A stretch of DNA of 63,739 bases, filler included, from Hyphochytrium catenoides (GCA_900088475.1; 6 parts of 6 records of this genome joined end to end with filler, not necessarily neighbours in it), one strand, 5' to 3'. Positions 32,158-46,245 are shown, counted from the whole stretch's first letter. Notes: a model not told the origin generated them from the letters alone. A program made the numbers and translations.

Positions 32158-35100
32158 TATACACTGCTCTTCCCTTCTATCTTCTTCCGTCCTCAGTACA
32201 CGACGTCTCCTTGCAACTGAGCCTCACTACTGAGAAGCATAGGGCCCACCACCAGGAGGTCTGATGGAAAGGTTCCCAGAGGACAAAGAGGAAAATCTCT
32301 ATCGTCTTCTAACTTCCCTGCTTATCATCGCTTGATCAACAGGAATGGGTATTCTCTTGTCTTTCTTACTCGCTGCTTGTTCGCTGGTTGCTGCTCTCCT
32401 CTCTATTCTCTACCACTCAAGGCAGCAAGCTGACTTTCGAAGACCTCAACACGAGCGAGAGATGACGGCGACAGAGAGACGTTAAAACGCTTCTTCAAAG
32501 AGGAGCAGGGGCTCGCTCCTAGGGCGCGGCGCTTTCAATGAAAAAAAGCGAGCAGGACAAAAAAAAGAAAGGAAACAGACACCAATGAGGTAGGCTAAAA
32601 CCGTCCCAGAGCATACGAGGAGGATTGTTGGACCAGTGCGAGCTGAAGACTGATGCTGGTGATAAGACGCGTAGGGAGGAACGACGGACGAAAGGGAAAG
32701 AGTTACAACGTGAGGGCCTTTGGGGGGAGAAGAGGAAACCGTCGTGGCGGAAGAGGGAGAGGAGGCCACAAAATGACAGAGGAAGCAGTTGGGAAAGAGG
32801 AGGAAAGAAGACGCCACATACAGCAGCAGAGGAAGAAGGGTTGAATGCATTTATAAAGGGAGCTCCACGAAGAAAGGCGAAGCGAGAGGAGGGAAAGGGA
32901 ATGAAGCCACTAAAGAAAGAGACAGTCCCAAGAAGAAGAGAGAGAGAGAACGAGAAAGAAAGGGAAAGAAAGAGGGACTGAGAGTAAGAGAGAGAGACAG
33001 AGACAGAGAGAGAGAGAGACATGGAGCGAGACTAAGAGAGAGTTAGAGTCAGTGAGAGAGACAGCCACGGAGAGAGAGAGTAAGAGAGAGTAAGAGACAG
33101 TGAGAGAGAGAGAAAGAGGGAAAGTAAGAGAGAGACACACAGAGACAGTAAGAGAGAGAGAGAGAGNNNNNNNNNNNNNNNNNNNNNNNNNNNNNNNNAG
33201 AGAGAGAGAGAGAGAGAGAGAGTCTCTATCATACTCGTAGTAGGTGGAAACGGGCCACTCAGAAGGATGGAAAAAATGTAACGGACCACGGGCTATTTCG
33301 TAAAATTACGGATTGAAAATGCCGATTTAGCCTTACTCTCTACCGGTCCTCCTCCTCTTCTTCTTCCCTCTCACCATCATCATCATAGACTTTCTTCTTA
33401 GTGATAAGTACTGGGAGGAGGAGGAGGAGGAGAGGAGGAAGAGGACTGGCAGCAGCAGCAGCAGCAGCAGTAGTGGTAGGAGTAGTAGGAGAAGAGAAGG
33501 CCTTGACTTGGTGAGACAGAGAGAGAAGAACAGAAAAAAGAAGAACCAGGAGGAGGAGGAAACCAAGAAGAGGAGGATTAAAAAGTGAAGGCAAGGAGGA
33601 GCGAGGTAGTGGTGGTGGTGCAGCGCCAAGGAAGTAGCAGCAGCAGGGACCGAACCAATGACCCAGCCGCCGCAGCAGAAAGAGAGGAGAGAGAATAAGA
33701 GAGCTCTCGTAGAAGATGAAAGAGAGAAGAGAAAAAAAGTGAGAAGAGATAAAAGAAAGGAGGATGATGGAGGAATGATGACAACTAAACTCATGACTGG
33801 AAGAAGAATGATGGACACCGACGAGGAGCCGGCTGCTACTGGCTGGTACGAAGTGTTGTTGTCGTCGTGCGAGGAGGAGGGAGCAGGAAGAAAGGAGAGA
33901 AAGGAAGAAAGAGTAGCATAAGAAGAAGAGGGACACGCGGAGGAAGAGAGTCATTCAAAAAAGAGGAGAGAATCGTAACGACACGAGAGGGATGATGAGA
34001 CGATGAGACAACAATAACGAGAGAGAGTTGAGACAGACATCATGATATGTCGTCGTTGATACTCGATATAAATGTGTGCGATTAGGTAGGCTCGACTCGA
34101 GGAGGACAAAGAAGAAGGAGGAACGGAAAATGAACAATTATCCAGAGACGTGGAGTTGAGGGAACAAGGAGAGAGCACGGAGGAACGTATCTACTTGCTG
34201 CTGATCAACAGCCCCTGATCCCTTCTTCTTCTTCTTCTGCATTCCTTAGCTAGTTACTATTGATGGCTTCTGCAATTTATTGTGTCTCAACAACATGATG
34301 ATGCTGACGGGTTATTATAGCTTAGGTGGTGGTTGTCCCCCCCCCATCCACCATCAACCAGCAGCAGCTATTATCGCTTCTTCTTCTTCTTTGGGATAAG
34401 TCCGTCGGAGCTTCATTTTCCTGTCTTCTTCTCCTTCCTTGTTGGGTTTAGTGCTTGCTGGTGTCCACAAACAACTCAATCATCCTCCATACTAGAATTA
34501 CGAACGAATACCCCTCCTCTCAGCTGAGCAGAAGAGCAGCAGCAAGCAGCAGTGGCTAAGGTTGCTGTACCCCTTGTCGAAGTCATTGAACAGAAGAGTG
34601 CCAGCAACAACAACATGCGTACCATCGTACCACCATACTTTCTTCGACAGAGGAGGAATAGTAGCCGAGGAGGAGAGCGAGGGGACGACGACGACGGTAG
34701 AATCAGAAGAAGAAAGAAAATATGTTCGCCGCCGGCTATCGTTCGTCGGTAGTAGGAAGAAAGGTCGTCAACCTACGGAGGATAAAGAGGATAAATAATA
34801 TTAGCGATGCGGTTGATTGAGAGATCCGTCTTCTGCAGGTAGCAAATGTATCATTATCAGTCAATGATGGGCCCTCCTCTAATATCAAGTTATTTATGCA
34901 CTTCTTCTGTCTACTACTAGTACTACTACGAAGTAGGTCGACGGCTTCATCAATGATCCTTATTATTCTCCGTTTCCCGCCTCTTACGAAGTAGGAAGTA
35001 CTGCTATCTTCATCCGCCTCTAGTCATCTTCATTATCGCTGCTGCTTGTACTATGAGGAGGAGGAGGTCCATCATCATCAACCAGCGCCGCGAGCAAGGT

Positions 35101-36022
35101 CCTGTCGGCAAGAAGCGCCACGTTCCTCCTCATCTCTCATCATCATCTCTCATGGCACCATGATTTTATGACTGTGCCTAACAAATGTTAGGCTTAGAAG
35201 TTATCTGAAAGAGCTCAGCGACATAGAATTCTGGACCCCCCATCGTGCTTGTAATGGAGCTATCACTGATATTCAATGTTTTTGTAGTTGGAATTACGTA
35301 TAATGCAAAGTATAATTCCTCATTTTCATGCACAGGAGTGCTGTAACATTGTTGGCGATGATACTGGCTTTTTTGGTCGGTGGATGTGGGAAGCGAGGAA
35401 GAGTAGGAATAGAGAGAGAGAGAGAAGGAGAGAGAGACAGAGAGAGAGAAAGAGAGAGACAGAAAATAATGGGTGAGAGGGGAAGAGAGAGTGAGAAAGA
35501 GAGAGTAACAGAGAGAGACAGAGGGGGGGAGAGAGAGAGAAGCGAGGAGCCACACAGGCAAAGGGAATCTTCATGTCACGCCCCATTAGTCCAATGATCA
35601 GCTGTCGCTCTCTTTCTCTCTCCCTCTCTTTCTCTCTCTCTCTCTTCTCTCTTCCCCAAGCCTCTCTCTCTCTTGCTATCACTCTGTCTCCTTCTCTCTC
35701 TCTCTCTGTCTCTCTCTATCTCCCCACTTGGCTGGGTAGCCCATCAAGTCGTTGCCTTCCTCCTTGTCACAATCTGGTGGGGTTCCACCAGCCTTTTGGG
35801 CCCTGTTGTCATGAGGAGGTGCTGTTCCTCCTCTCCGCCTCGCAGAGCACGCCGGACTTTCATAAGGTGAAGACTGTCATTCTGCCTGACGGAGATTTCC
35901 CAGATTAGGCGTCGGCTTAAGATCTTCCATTCTTAAGACTCTTTAGAGAGAGAGAGAGAGAGAGAGAGACTTGTAAATTTTTAGGAGACCGTCAAGGCTG
36001 TGCAAAGACTAGAGATAAAATC

Positions 36023-36819
36023 ATGCCAAACTCTGATCCAGTCCTAGTGAGCGGCGGGGCCAGAAGAGGCGGAGGAACAGCCAAGCTGCGTGATATCTCG
36101 ACGTATGTCCTTGAGGACAAGCACGAACTATTGCCATCACAAGAGGCGCCACGGCGTACGTTCCAATGGTATATGCACATGCTGATGGTCTTCTTCGTAG
36201 AGTTTTCAGGCGAGAGCTCACGAGGCCTCACTCTGCCGTCATTATACCTTTACAATGTCTCCCTTGGAGGAGACCTCGCCTCAATGGCGGTGATGACCTC
36301 ACTCTTCTCCCTTGGCCGGCTAATATCTTCCACTGTTCTTGGCTGGATGAGCGACCGCATCTCGTTCCGCTGGGTGTACATTATATCGGCGCTTATCTGT
36401 ATCTTTGGGAACTTGGTCTATATGACGGCGGACAAGCATGTAGCCGACAGCATCTTCCTGCTGCATGCCAGCAGATTCATTGTGGGCTTTGGCGCTGGAA
36501 ACCGGAGTGTCTGTAGGGCTAATGTCGCCGCTCTGACGCGCACAGACCAGCGGCTGAGGTACCTGACGTGGCTGAGCTTGGTGGTGTTCTTAGGGTTCGC
36601 AGTGACTCCTGGCATAGGGAAGTATGTCAGCGAAGTGGACTTTTGGATCTTCACGCATCATATCAACAAGTACACCTCACCATGTAAGGGCAACATGACA
36701 GACAGATTGTGCTCCCATCTCTCCCTCTAATGTTTTCTCGCTCAGAGAATGACCAGCCTATGCTCTTTTGTTACTATCCTTAGACTCGCCTCCCTCTTTA
36801 TCTCTTATGGCTTTGCCTG

Positions 36820-36881
<62 letters not shown>

Positions 36882-38481
36882 CTTTGGCTCTCTGGGCCTC
36901 AGTCCCTATCGTTCCTTTCCTATTCATGCTTCTATCCAAATCTTCTTGTGATCTCTGTCTGCTTCTCTAGCATGATCGTTTTCTTCATCCTTCCGGGCTT
37001 GCAGTCTGTCTCCGTCGTAAGTTCTCCGTCTCCCAACATCTCTATTCTGCCCTTCGAGTTCCTCACTAACGCCCGCGTCTTCGTCATATAAACTGTCTCT
37101 TATCTCCTTCACCCACGTCACCGGTATCCTTCTCTAGCGGCCTTGCTGGTCCTCCTGAACGTCCTTGTGATCGTCTTCATGTGGCTGTTCTGGGACGAGA
37201 CCGTGACTAAGGAAGATGCACCGCGGGAGGTGCGCAGACCTACGACCACCTCGACTGAGAACGGAAGCTCGGCTACTGTCCGGACTCGCCCTGCTCGGGC
37301 AGAATCCACCTCTGTTCCTGCAGAGCTGGTAACAATTGGTGTGCTGCTACTCATGGGCCTGAACTGCTTGAATAGAGGGATCCTGGGTATTTTTGAGACC
37401 GTGTCCGTCACAATGTACTTGGATGCTCATCATGAAGACGAGTCATCGCCCACGGCAGTGGCCAATGCGTCAGAATTCCAGCTCTATCTCGGGCTGGTGG
37501 GCGTGGTGACTTACCTGGCTCTGGACCCGCTCTCCTCAAGAGGAGTGTCCGAGGCGCACATGATTGTGGTTGGCTTCATTACAGAGGCTATTGGTAGGCG
37601 CATTATTCTAACTCTTTGCCCATTGCGCCGACTTATCCTTTATCACCTTCATCTCTCTCTTCTCTGCGTTTCTCTCGCTCCGTCAAAGTTTCTGTGTGTG
37701 TGTGTGTGCTGCCACGATTGCCAGTTGATGTCAACTCCTCGCGTCCTTCCCTTATTATCAGCTGAACAGTTATTTTTCTTGTCTCTAACCTGCTCTCCAC
37801 TCCTTCCCTTGCCAACCCAGGTAATCTCATCCTAGCTCCTTATCCGTCAGACGTGGGGATGGTAAGGCTGACGATAGGTGAGAAATACCGCTTCTAGACG
37901 TCCATGTGGTCTAGTCCATCTATTCTTTGGCAAACGACCTGTATGCGTGTAGCCCTTGACACTCCCCATCTGTTCTTTCACTTGACACGTGCTTGTGTGT
38001 ATGTCTCTCCCGTGCTCGTTGTCGCTTTTTAGGCAAGCTTTCCTCCATTTTCTTCTGCTCAGGCATGACGCGCTTGTTCTGCTTTGACTTCGTTCTTGCA
38101 ACAGCTCTTTTTGTCTGCCCGTAGCTTCCCTTCCTAACCTTCACTCACTCTTTAGGGAACATCTTTTTCTGGTCCATCGGATCGCCCATCTGTTCAGCAG
38201 TGGTGGTGGCGGCTTTCTCCAAAATCTTAGGCAGTAAACCACAAGGGACCCTAATGGGTTACATGGGCACCACGTCCTCTGTCGCCAGAATCATTTTTCC
38301 TCTCATCCCAAACATTGTGGGCAACTACTGGCTTGTCTTTCTGTTGAATGGCGTGCTATGTGGGTTAGGAGGACTAGGCATTCTTCTTTACCAAGCAATG
38401 GTTGACTCCTACAAGGAAAAGGAAGTAGAGCCAGCAGAGAAAGAGACGACGCCTCTTCTCTCCGCAAGTTCGCAGGCCTAA
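36023..38481 (+). CDS. Major facilitator superfamily transporter (MFSD8-like)
   Basis: Exons ~36023-36683, 37138-37593, 37821-37877 and 38156-38481 join in frame. Motif A GWMSDRISFR, SRFIVGFGAG, SKILGSKPQGTLMG, and a C-terminal ETTPLL dileucine-like sorting motif. Confidence 0.9.
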
Positions 38482-38774
38482 GAAAGAAACAAGATAGGCT
38501 GGCCTTATGCTTCCGGCAGGAAAGCCAAAGATAGAACGCTTTCAATCTTTAGATTATACACCTTCCTCTTTCTGAATTATCAAGACGGTTGTGGAGCTGA
38601 GTAGTACGATTCCAGGGACGCACAGAGGTTGTGGACGGAGGAGAGAGCACATTAAGGTGAAGGCCGAGTGATGGCGTACAAAGAAGCAACCTGATCTAGT
38701 ATACATTTCTTGATAAATAGCAATGATCACGCACATCTCCTTAACTGTTCTCTATCTCTTTTAGCTCATTTCTG

Positions 38775-39761
38775 TCACGATAAGCGCGGCTTCTTTCTCC
38801 CATCAGCTCCCGCATAGCCCTTCCCCGCAACAGGCTCAAGGGGAGGCGAGTGCTGCTGCTTCTCCGCTTCACTACGGACGCTGCGGAAGAAGTCAATAAG
38901 AAGACTGGCTGGATGCATCGTCGGTCCTTCCTCTTCCTTCTCTCCCTGTGCAGAAGCCTCCGACGATACAGGCGAGTCTTCCCTTTTCCGTTTTCGCTTG
39001 CCTGTAAGTCTATCCTCTCTATCATTTTTATAGTCCTTCTCTCTTATGATAAACCTTCTCTGATGGTCTTCCGCCGCAACTGCCCTATCGATGCGAAGGA
39101 GCAGAGTGGCGCTGAAGGGCGCTAGCTGTAACTTTGGGAAGGTGAGGGGCCCACGAAGACCTGGCAAAGCCTAAGAAGCAGGAGCAGGGATGAGGTCAGC
39201 AGTTATTGCAAAAGGGTGACACCAGGAAACTGCGCAGAGCACGCAATAGAGGCATTTACTTTTTCGAGCCTTAGTATAGAGATCAAGCCCGGACTTGCCA
39301 TGCCGCGAGGAGACCCTTCTCCTTCGCCGCGGCGCGCCGACAGCCGCAAAGGGCGAAGCTGAGGCGATAACAACGTTCTAGCTGTACGTTGACGGCGCAT
39401 GCGAGCTAGCTCTCCGTACATTAGGGAACGATAGGTTTGGGGATATTCTATCTGAAGCTTCAGCAGATCACTTTCTGTCAGAAGTCCTCTCCTCTTGGCC
39501 ATGTTTCCCTCAAATCTGCACAGTGCGGTCCAGGAAGTGCGGAAGTGACGCGCTTATCTCTCTTTGCTTATAGTGAGGAACCTCTTCTTCGAGAACTTGC
39601 AAGTTGGCCGAGCAATCTCCTTCTTCCTCTTCTTCTTCTCTATGAAGACGGCGACGACATGAAGACTGACACGTCTGTGCCTTCTGGCTGTTCGCAACTA
39701 CGTTGTGAGACCTTTCTTCTTTAGACAATCTCTCTCTACCCACTCCCGTCGCGGCTGCCAA
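38775..39761 (-). CDS. Hypothetical multi-exon protein with basic NLS-like stretches
   Basis: Three adjacent minus-strand ORF pieces, an intron-like GTAAAT after LEK, and KRKRKR / RKKPRL motifs. Further donor and acceptor sites occur upstream (~40010-40330). No family recognised. Confidence 0.35.
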
Positions 39762-39786
39762 GCTCCTGGTTTTGTTCTTCTTTCAA

Positions 39787-39835
<49 letters not shown>

Positions 39836-41053
39836 CCTCTCCCTTGTTCTTGATGATGTTCTGAGAGCTTGAGGAGCTGCTGCTGCTGCTGCTGCTGCCC
39901 CGACCAGGATGATCAAGTGGATGATGGAATGAGTGCAAAGAAGCTTTTGAAGTTGAAACATTCATTTCTTTCAGTGTATTCATGTTTCGTCAAGTGTCAT
40001 ATGTTACTTACCTGTGAAAGATTGGAATTCGACATGTGAAGGATTCAAAGCATTCTGATAACAGGATGACTTCCCTGTAGCGAAAGGACTGTTTTCTGAT
40101 GGTCAATCCATACATTAGATACTAATGACCATCAGGAAAGGGCCCATGGAAAGGAAAACGTTACTTGGTTATCCTCTAACTTGCGGCAGGAATATCTAGC
40201 TTTACTTGGTTGTACTTGGCTTGTGCCTGTACTTGAAATAACGAAGCCCAACGCCATAACAGCACAGTAACGAGATACTTATGTAAGTGAAGGTCCAGAA
40301 CCAACCACTTCCACAAGTATATTTGACAAGTATTCCAAGTACAGCAGAGAGGCTGAAGAAGAACTCTCAGAAGAGGAAAGGAGGAGAGGAGGAGGAGAAG
40401 AAGGGAAGAGAGAAGCTTTGGGAAAACAACGAGGGAAAGAGTGGAGAAGAGAGAGACGAGAGACAGAAACTGAACCGGCGCCTGAAGCACGGCTCATCAA
40501 CCACCTGCTGGCCGTCCTGCCAGGGGCCGCGCTGTCCAAGTCCTATCAGGGGGAAGCTCGAGCTCTCTCCACGTGTGGCAATGGTTAAGGCATGAGATCA
40601 GAGGACCAAGCAAAAAGCTTCCTGGAATGGGGACACGACAGACTACGGAGGGATGTATTTGCCCTGTACTGCTCATCACGGGGGTACGGCGCCTGTCCTT
40701 CTCCTTTCGCGTCTGTCGTTATCTGCCAGGTCTCTCTTCTGGAGGGCAGTGGCAAAGCAAGTTGAAACTTTAGTTCACTTTAGTTCGCTTTATTAAAACT
40801 GATATGTAGAGAATGCAAACAGGCCCTTGGGGGGCAGGGGTGCACGCCAATCTATGTTCTCTTTCTGGCTCTCTGTCCCCGCCTTGGCTTGATTGTTCAG
40901 CAGAGCACATAGTTGTGCTCTCAATAAATAGAAACTAGTGCACAGCGTTTGCCCCACTGTTTCTCTCCTGCTTCTCAACAGGGACCCTTCCTTGGTCGGC
41001 TAAAAGAGCTGGAGAGAAAGGGGGCCTTTCCTCCGCTGCAGCGTATCTATGGC

Positions 41054-42832
41054 TTAGATTCTTACCATCGGTTCACGTGATGGCAATGGCTCAACCGTAT
41101 TCTGCCTTTGATAATGATGCTGGGCATAAAGTGGTGCTTGGGGATTAGGGGCGAGGGGATGGAAAGAGCCAGACATCGCCTGACTCCCATAGTCTCCAAA
41201 ACCTCCCGGCCCTGCCTGGGGATACTGAAGCCCTAGGCCATGAGGAGGAGTTCTTGCCTCATAGAATAGCTGCTGGTTTCTCTTCGCATACTGAGATGCC
41301 TTTCTTCTCTTTGCCACGCGGATCACAGCCATCACCAGCAGCGTAACGACCACAAGGCCTCCGACACCAGCCCCAATGTATATAGCGATCTTCTGAAAGT
41401 CCCAGGGCTGAGAGGAGCTCGTCTCAAGGCCTGCTAGCGCGCCTCCTTTCGCCGGCGGAGCGCTCGTGCAGCCTCCTGAGGGACAAGCCACGCTGATCTC
41501 TGGTGCTGGACCGGAGCGGTCGAACTTCGTGAAGGGATAGGCTCTCATGAAAGTTAGGCCCATAATCCACTATTAGAGAGAGAAGAGAAAGGGTGAGCAC
41601 CACTAACGGACAGCGTATAGGAGAAGAGGGGTATGAGAGAAAGGTACGACAGACGACAGGTTAAGAACCTAGTCAAAGTACTGACGAAGGTGGAAGATGG
41701 AACAGGTAGTCAGATGGAGCCAGGAAGCGAGACAGCATTGGAGAGGTGGACAAATGAATCTCCTTTGTCGTCTTACCTGATCAGCTGGCCGGGATCCCTC
41801 TCCAATGAGAATTAGAAAGCCACCTCTCGTCTGCCAGGTATATGAAGATGGGCCAAGGGTGAAGGCTGTCACAGAGTTTAAGGAACCAAGAGAGAGAGTA
41901 AAGCTCTTTAGATTTGCAAGTGATTGACAGACATAGAAGCCTGACTGGAGGTCGTTCCGACAATCCGTGCTGTTACCCGTCAAAGCCGTAATGAATGGAG
42001 TGTAGAGATTTGATGGAACAATAAGCAGAGAAGTTCCCGAGTCAATGATGCCGCTCGTTGGCGTCGGAAGTACCTCCTGCTCTCCCACCTTCAAGCTCTG
42101 TACGCCCACTGTCCAGTGGCCAATCTGACCCGATTGCGTCAGGAGAACGGGCAACTTCTTCCACTCTGTGTTAGCCGGGAGCGGAGCATTTGCATCTTCT
42201 CCTAGTAGCAAATTGTTTCCTGATGTTGCTGAACCTAGTGGGTTGAACTGAAACGTAAAAGTCTTGAAGATGTCGGAGATCACTGGGGCAGTGTAAGTGG
42301 CCAGTGTTGGGAAGGCGAGGCCCATGATGGCCTGTACAGTCTCACTTGGGCTACTATCGGCGAGCCCCATCTGCAGCTGATCAATCTTCGTCCCAGCCAT
42401 TGTCAATGTGCTAATTCCAATGGTGCCACGTGTGGGACCTGAGCCATACTGGATGAAGAAGGAGCATTTGTCCGTGGTGGTGCCACTGTTGCAAGGCTTA
42501 GACGGTGTACAACAAGTCTTGGCGCTGCAGCAGTCAGGGCCAAAAGAGCTAAAATCGCTAGGTTCAGCTTTGGCTAGCTTTGTGGCCCAGATATCGGATG
42601 ACCCTGTGTCCACAAGAAAGTCTGCCCTCTTGCCCTTGCCATACTCAAAAGAGCAAGAGTATGAGAAGCCATTCTTCTGATCGTTGCTAAGATTGACTAC
42701 GGCCAATCTTCGAGAGTGTGCATCTCTGACATACGCAGTGCTATGGGCCTTCATAGGCAGGACCAAACCGTCACAGCGCAGAAACCCAACGAACGCCACC
42801 AGCACCGCGAAGAGTGCTGAGCGTGAAGCCAT
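41054..42832 (-). CDS. Pepsin-family (A1) aspartic protease with C-terminal TM anchor
   Basis: Signal peptide, catalytic VDTGSSD and IIDSGTS, flap IQYGSG, IMGLAFP. Intron 41776-41570, then WIMGLTFMR, a TM helix IYIGAGVGGLVVVTLLVMAVI and a cytosolic tail. Confidence 0.93.
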
Positions 42833-44234
42833 CCTTACCGCCCCAAGAGAAAATCAACCGCACTGCGTGGTGAGGTCTACTTTGACCACAGCCCGGACCG
42901 TTGACAATAATGGATAGAACAAGTTAGAGCATCATGGGCAAGCGGTTTATAGCCTCTTTCTCTTTCTCGAAAAGGATAGGTTAGAATGCCACTGCGCGAC
43001 GAGTAATAAACGCAGGGCCACGGAGTCAGAGCTTTTGGAGCTTGCAACCTCTGCTTTATCCTCGCTTTTGAGAAACTAATCCTTTGTTGTCAATGCCTTA
43101 CAAAAGTCGTGAGACTGCTGTTCAAAGGCCCCGCTTTGATCTGTCTGAAGACTTTGTCAATGCGTCCCAGCCCGGCCCGTGCGCCGTCTCCTCCCAGGAA
43201 AAACTGACGCTCTGTCTCGCACTTCTGACGTGCAGCTTGAGACTTCATCAGCTGCGGTGAGATCCCTCGCCTCCCTAGGTAGGTTGAAGTTGTCGTCTGT
43301 CACTGTGTAGACATTACTCGAGAGTCCTGCGATGGGCATGGAGGCCATTACCCCAGAAGCGATGGAGTCACCCCTGTGATTGTGAGTGTAGGACTCGTCG
43401 TTCTGATGATGAAGAATAATGGCTTGTGCCATGAGAGAGGAACAAAACATAATAGTAGTCTACATGAGACAGGTTAAAGCTATTTATAAGACTATTACCA
43501 TTCTTTCTCTTCTCAGGAGGTTTTCCCCTTGTGTTCAGTGGACAGTTCTCTAACCGTGAACAGTCCAAACACATCCTTTGAGACAGAGGAAGGGAGAGAT
43601 ATGCCTTAGTCTTGCTAAATATAAGTTAAGCGTATACAAAGAGCGATTGAGAGTGCCAAAAGGCATGGGTTGTGAGGATGGCTAAGAATGGATAAAGCGC
43701 CAGAATAAGGCTTGCTTCGAGGAAGATAAGATGGATTGCCCGCAAAGACAGAGCGACCTCAACTGGGGCTGTGTAAGGTTTCTGTTGAGACGAGAGCTAG
43801 TTTCACTACTATTATGGTCAGTCCTGGCTCTTTCCATTACCTACGAGGGTCGGACTGGTATTACTACGCCGGGTAAGTAACCCTACTTGAAGCAAACAAA
43901 GGGGCAAAATTAGACCCACCAGAGGTGCCGTGTGCCCAGTTCCGTCCTGCCTGTGTCTTGACCAGAAGGCCAAGGGCCAGTCTAAGACACGTTCCATCCA
44001 ATCACTAGGGATTTAGGACCCCATCCCACGCTGATTGGCCATAATAGATTTCCACCCAGACTGCGGATGATTTCTGCATTGTCACGAAAACTACCTATAG
44101 CATATCGAAAGCCCTTGAGCACCAATGTTTCATTTTGTTCCTTGAATGTATGGCTTTCGAAAGATTAGACAATCAAGGCGGAACTTTCTCTGAGTGCTAA
44201 GTGCTTGGTAAATACCCGCTTCTACAGCTAAGTT

Positions 44235-44306
44235 GGCCGTTTGGTCTAGTGGTATGATTCTCGGTTTGGGTCCGAGAGGTCTCGGGTTCAATTCCCGGAA
44301 CGGCCC
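44235..44306 (+). tRNA. tRNA-Pro (TGG)
   Basis: 72-nt cloverleaf: acceptor GGCCGTT/AACGGCC, anticodon arm CTCGG-TTTGGGT-CCGAG, T loop TTCAATT, downstream T5 terminator. Confidence 0.97.
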
Positions 44307-45043
44307 CTCCTTTTTGCCTTTCAGAGTTTCAGAGGAACCCTGTGCATTATAAAACCATTGTCGTTGTCTCAAAAATTGTTGTCTCATGATGATGATGTTG
44401 TTTCTGCGATGTCGCTGCTGTCCGAAGACGCAGACTCCAGCAGACCAGCAGGGGCCGGCTGTTTGGTCATTAGATGGGCTTGTCTAGCCAAATGGCGGCG
44501 CCCCAAGCACTAGATCTTCCATAACGTTAAGCCTTACGTCATCTTATATATGTTGTTTGGCCCAACTATCCTATCCTCGCTCTTTTTTCTTTTTTTGGGT
44601 TGTCGCCGTCGTTATTCACTTAATATTCTTCTTAATGACTTTCTGTTGGTAAAACAAACAGTGGCCAGAAGTCGCCCCGGTCCGTTTGCTTGCAAATGAT
44701 GGGTGCTCACCCTGGTTATGATAAGGCTAGCTGAACTATATTATTGACGTGGTGTCCGCACTTGTTATTAGTAGCAGATGATGGATTTTCGGTCTATGGT
44801 CGTCGCTCTTTGAGAGGACATTCGATTAGGCAAAGCGACCGCCATAGCTGGGGCCCGAATGGCCATTATAGCATTCTTATCAGTCCTCTGCTGCAGAACC
44901 CATAAGTCTTCCTCATCAAAATTCGTTCCACAAAGGCTACTACTACTACTAGTAGCAGAAGAAGTGGGTATTACTTCTGTACAAAGGATTTGAGCTGTTT
45001 CCAAAGAAACCAGAATTTGACGATAAAAAGGAGAGGAGTGAGG

Positions 45044-45091
45044 GAAGCCCCTGATGATGATGATGGTGAAGCCCCTGATGATGATGATGGT
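45044..45091. repeat. 24-bp tandem duplication (GAAGCCCCTGATGATGATGATGGT)x2
   Basis: Two exact copies located between the tRNA genes. Confidence 0.9.
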
Positions 45092-45462
45092 GATGGTAGT
45101 ATCATTTCTCGTCTCTTCTCGCAACAATACAACCACCACCGATACTATTATGGAAGTCGGGCGGCCATCTGGGAGACATCTCTGGTCCCGTTTTTCTCCT
45201 ACATGTGAAAGGAGAACAAGAAGTTATCCATCACCACTCACGCCATTGTTTCACTAAAATCCACCAGCAGCAGCCAGCAGCTTCTTCCTTCATCATTACG
45301 TTTGCCCTTCTTTCCTTATCTACATCATCATCAACCATGTGAGACCATGAGGCTGAGAGAGGTGAATTGAAGGCCGTTAGCGGTCGTGGCCAAGTAAATC
45401 CGAGCTTCCTGTTTAATCATGGGTACATAGCCATGACACCTTCCATACAATACAACAAGCGT

Positions 45463-45534
45463 GGCCGTTTGGTCTAGTGGTATGATTCTCGGTTTGGGTC
45501 CGAGAGGTCTCGGGTTCAATTCCCGGAACGGCCC
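45463..45534 (+). tRNA. tRNA-Pro (TGG), identical second copy
   Basis: Same 72 nt as 44235-44306, followed by a T-run terminator. Confidence 0.97.
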
Positions 45535-45831
45535 AATCTTTTTCTCCCCATTTCTCTATATACTGTATTGAACAGACCATGTCATCGGTGAATTCTGAAG
45601 CTTCGTTATCGGGAAACTCAGTGGAGCGGAGTCTCCATCATCGAGTGCAGCAGCTGTTATTAGTTGTCAAGCCGGTGACCTCAATCTTCACCTGGACGTG
45701 TTAGGATGCCTATGATGATGGCAAATTTTCTTTTGCTGACCATTGGCAGAAGCCCGCATTTCTCTTACTAGTACGAGCTGGGACTGCGTCTCATTGAAAG
45801 TGCACGAAGCGTTAAAGCCTATGTCGGTATT

Positions 45832-46245
45832 ATGGAGAAGGATGCCTCTCGTTGCATACCGGAGACCATCACGGAACACGATGAGGTCCCTGCTCTCTTT
45901 ATGACTTCCCTGCCGAAGAATTTCAAGGTTGATCGCGATCTATTGGCTCTAGCTTCCCTTGCTGGGGGAGCTGATGAAGCGGATGACGATAGCTCAGGAT
46001 TAGAAAGTGACACCTCGACACGTCATGTCAACGCTAAGGGTAAAGGCGAAAAGCAACATGGCACGAGCCAGGACGCCGATGAGAGCGGCGGTCGGCAGAG
46101 GGCGACTGAAAGACGAGATAGGAGGCGATTGAGCCGAAGGCATGATCCCTACCCTATCTCCTCTGATGGAAGATATCAGCGACGGCGAAGGAGGGAGCAA
46201 AGACAGGCAGTGGGGGAAGCCCAAGTCTTTATGGCGCTAATGTGA
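45832..46245 (+). CDS. Small hypothetical protein
   Basis: 137-aa ATG-initiated ORF. EVPALFMTSLP..DLLALASL resembles the TTC4/Cns1 N-terminal motif, followed by acidic and then basic tracts. Confidence 0.5.
   Translation: MEKDASRCIPETITEHDEVPALFMTSLPKNFKVDRDLLALASLAGGADEADDDSSGLESDTSTRHVNAKGKGEKQHGTSQDADESGGRQRATERRDRRRLSRRHDPYPISSDGRYQRRRRREQRQAVGEAQVFMALM

Noticed and set aside
40005-40016. TACTTACCTG resembling the U1 snRNA 5' end
   Set aside because: No U1 stem-loops or Sm site follow. It is better read as a minus-strand splice donor (CAG|GTAAGT).
44130-44387. ORFs containing LNPRPLGPKPRIIPLDQ (also 45331-45519)
   Set aside because: These are antisense translations of the tRNA-Pro genes.
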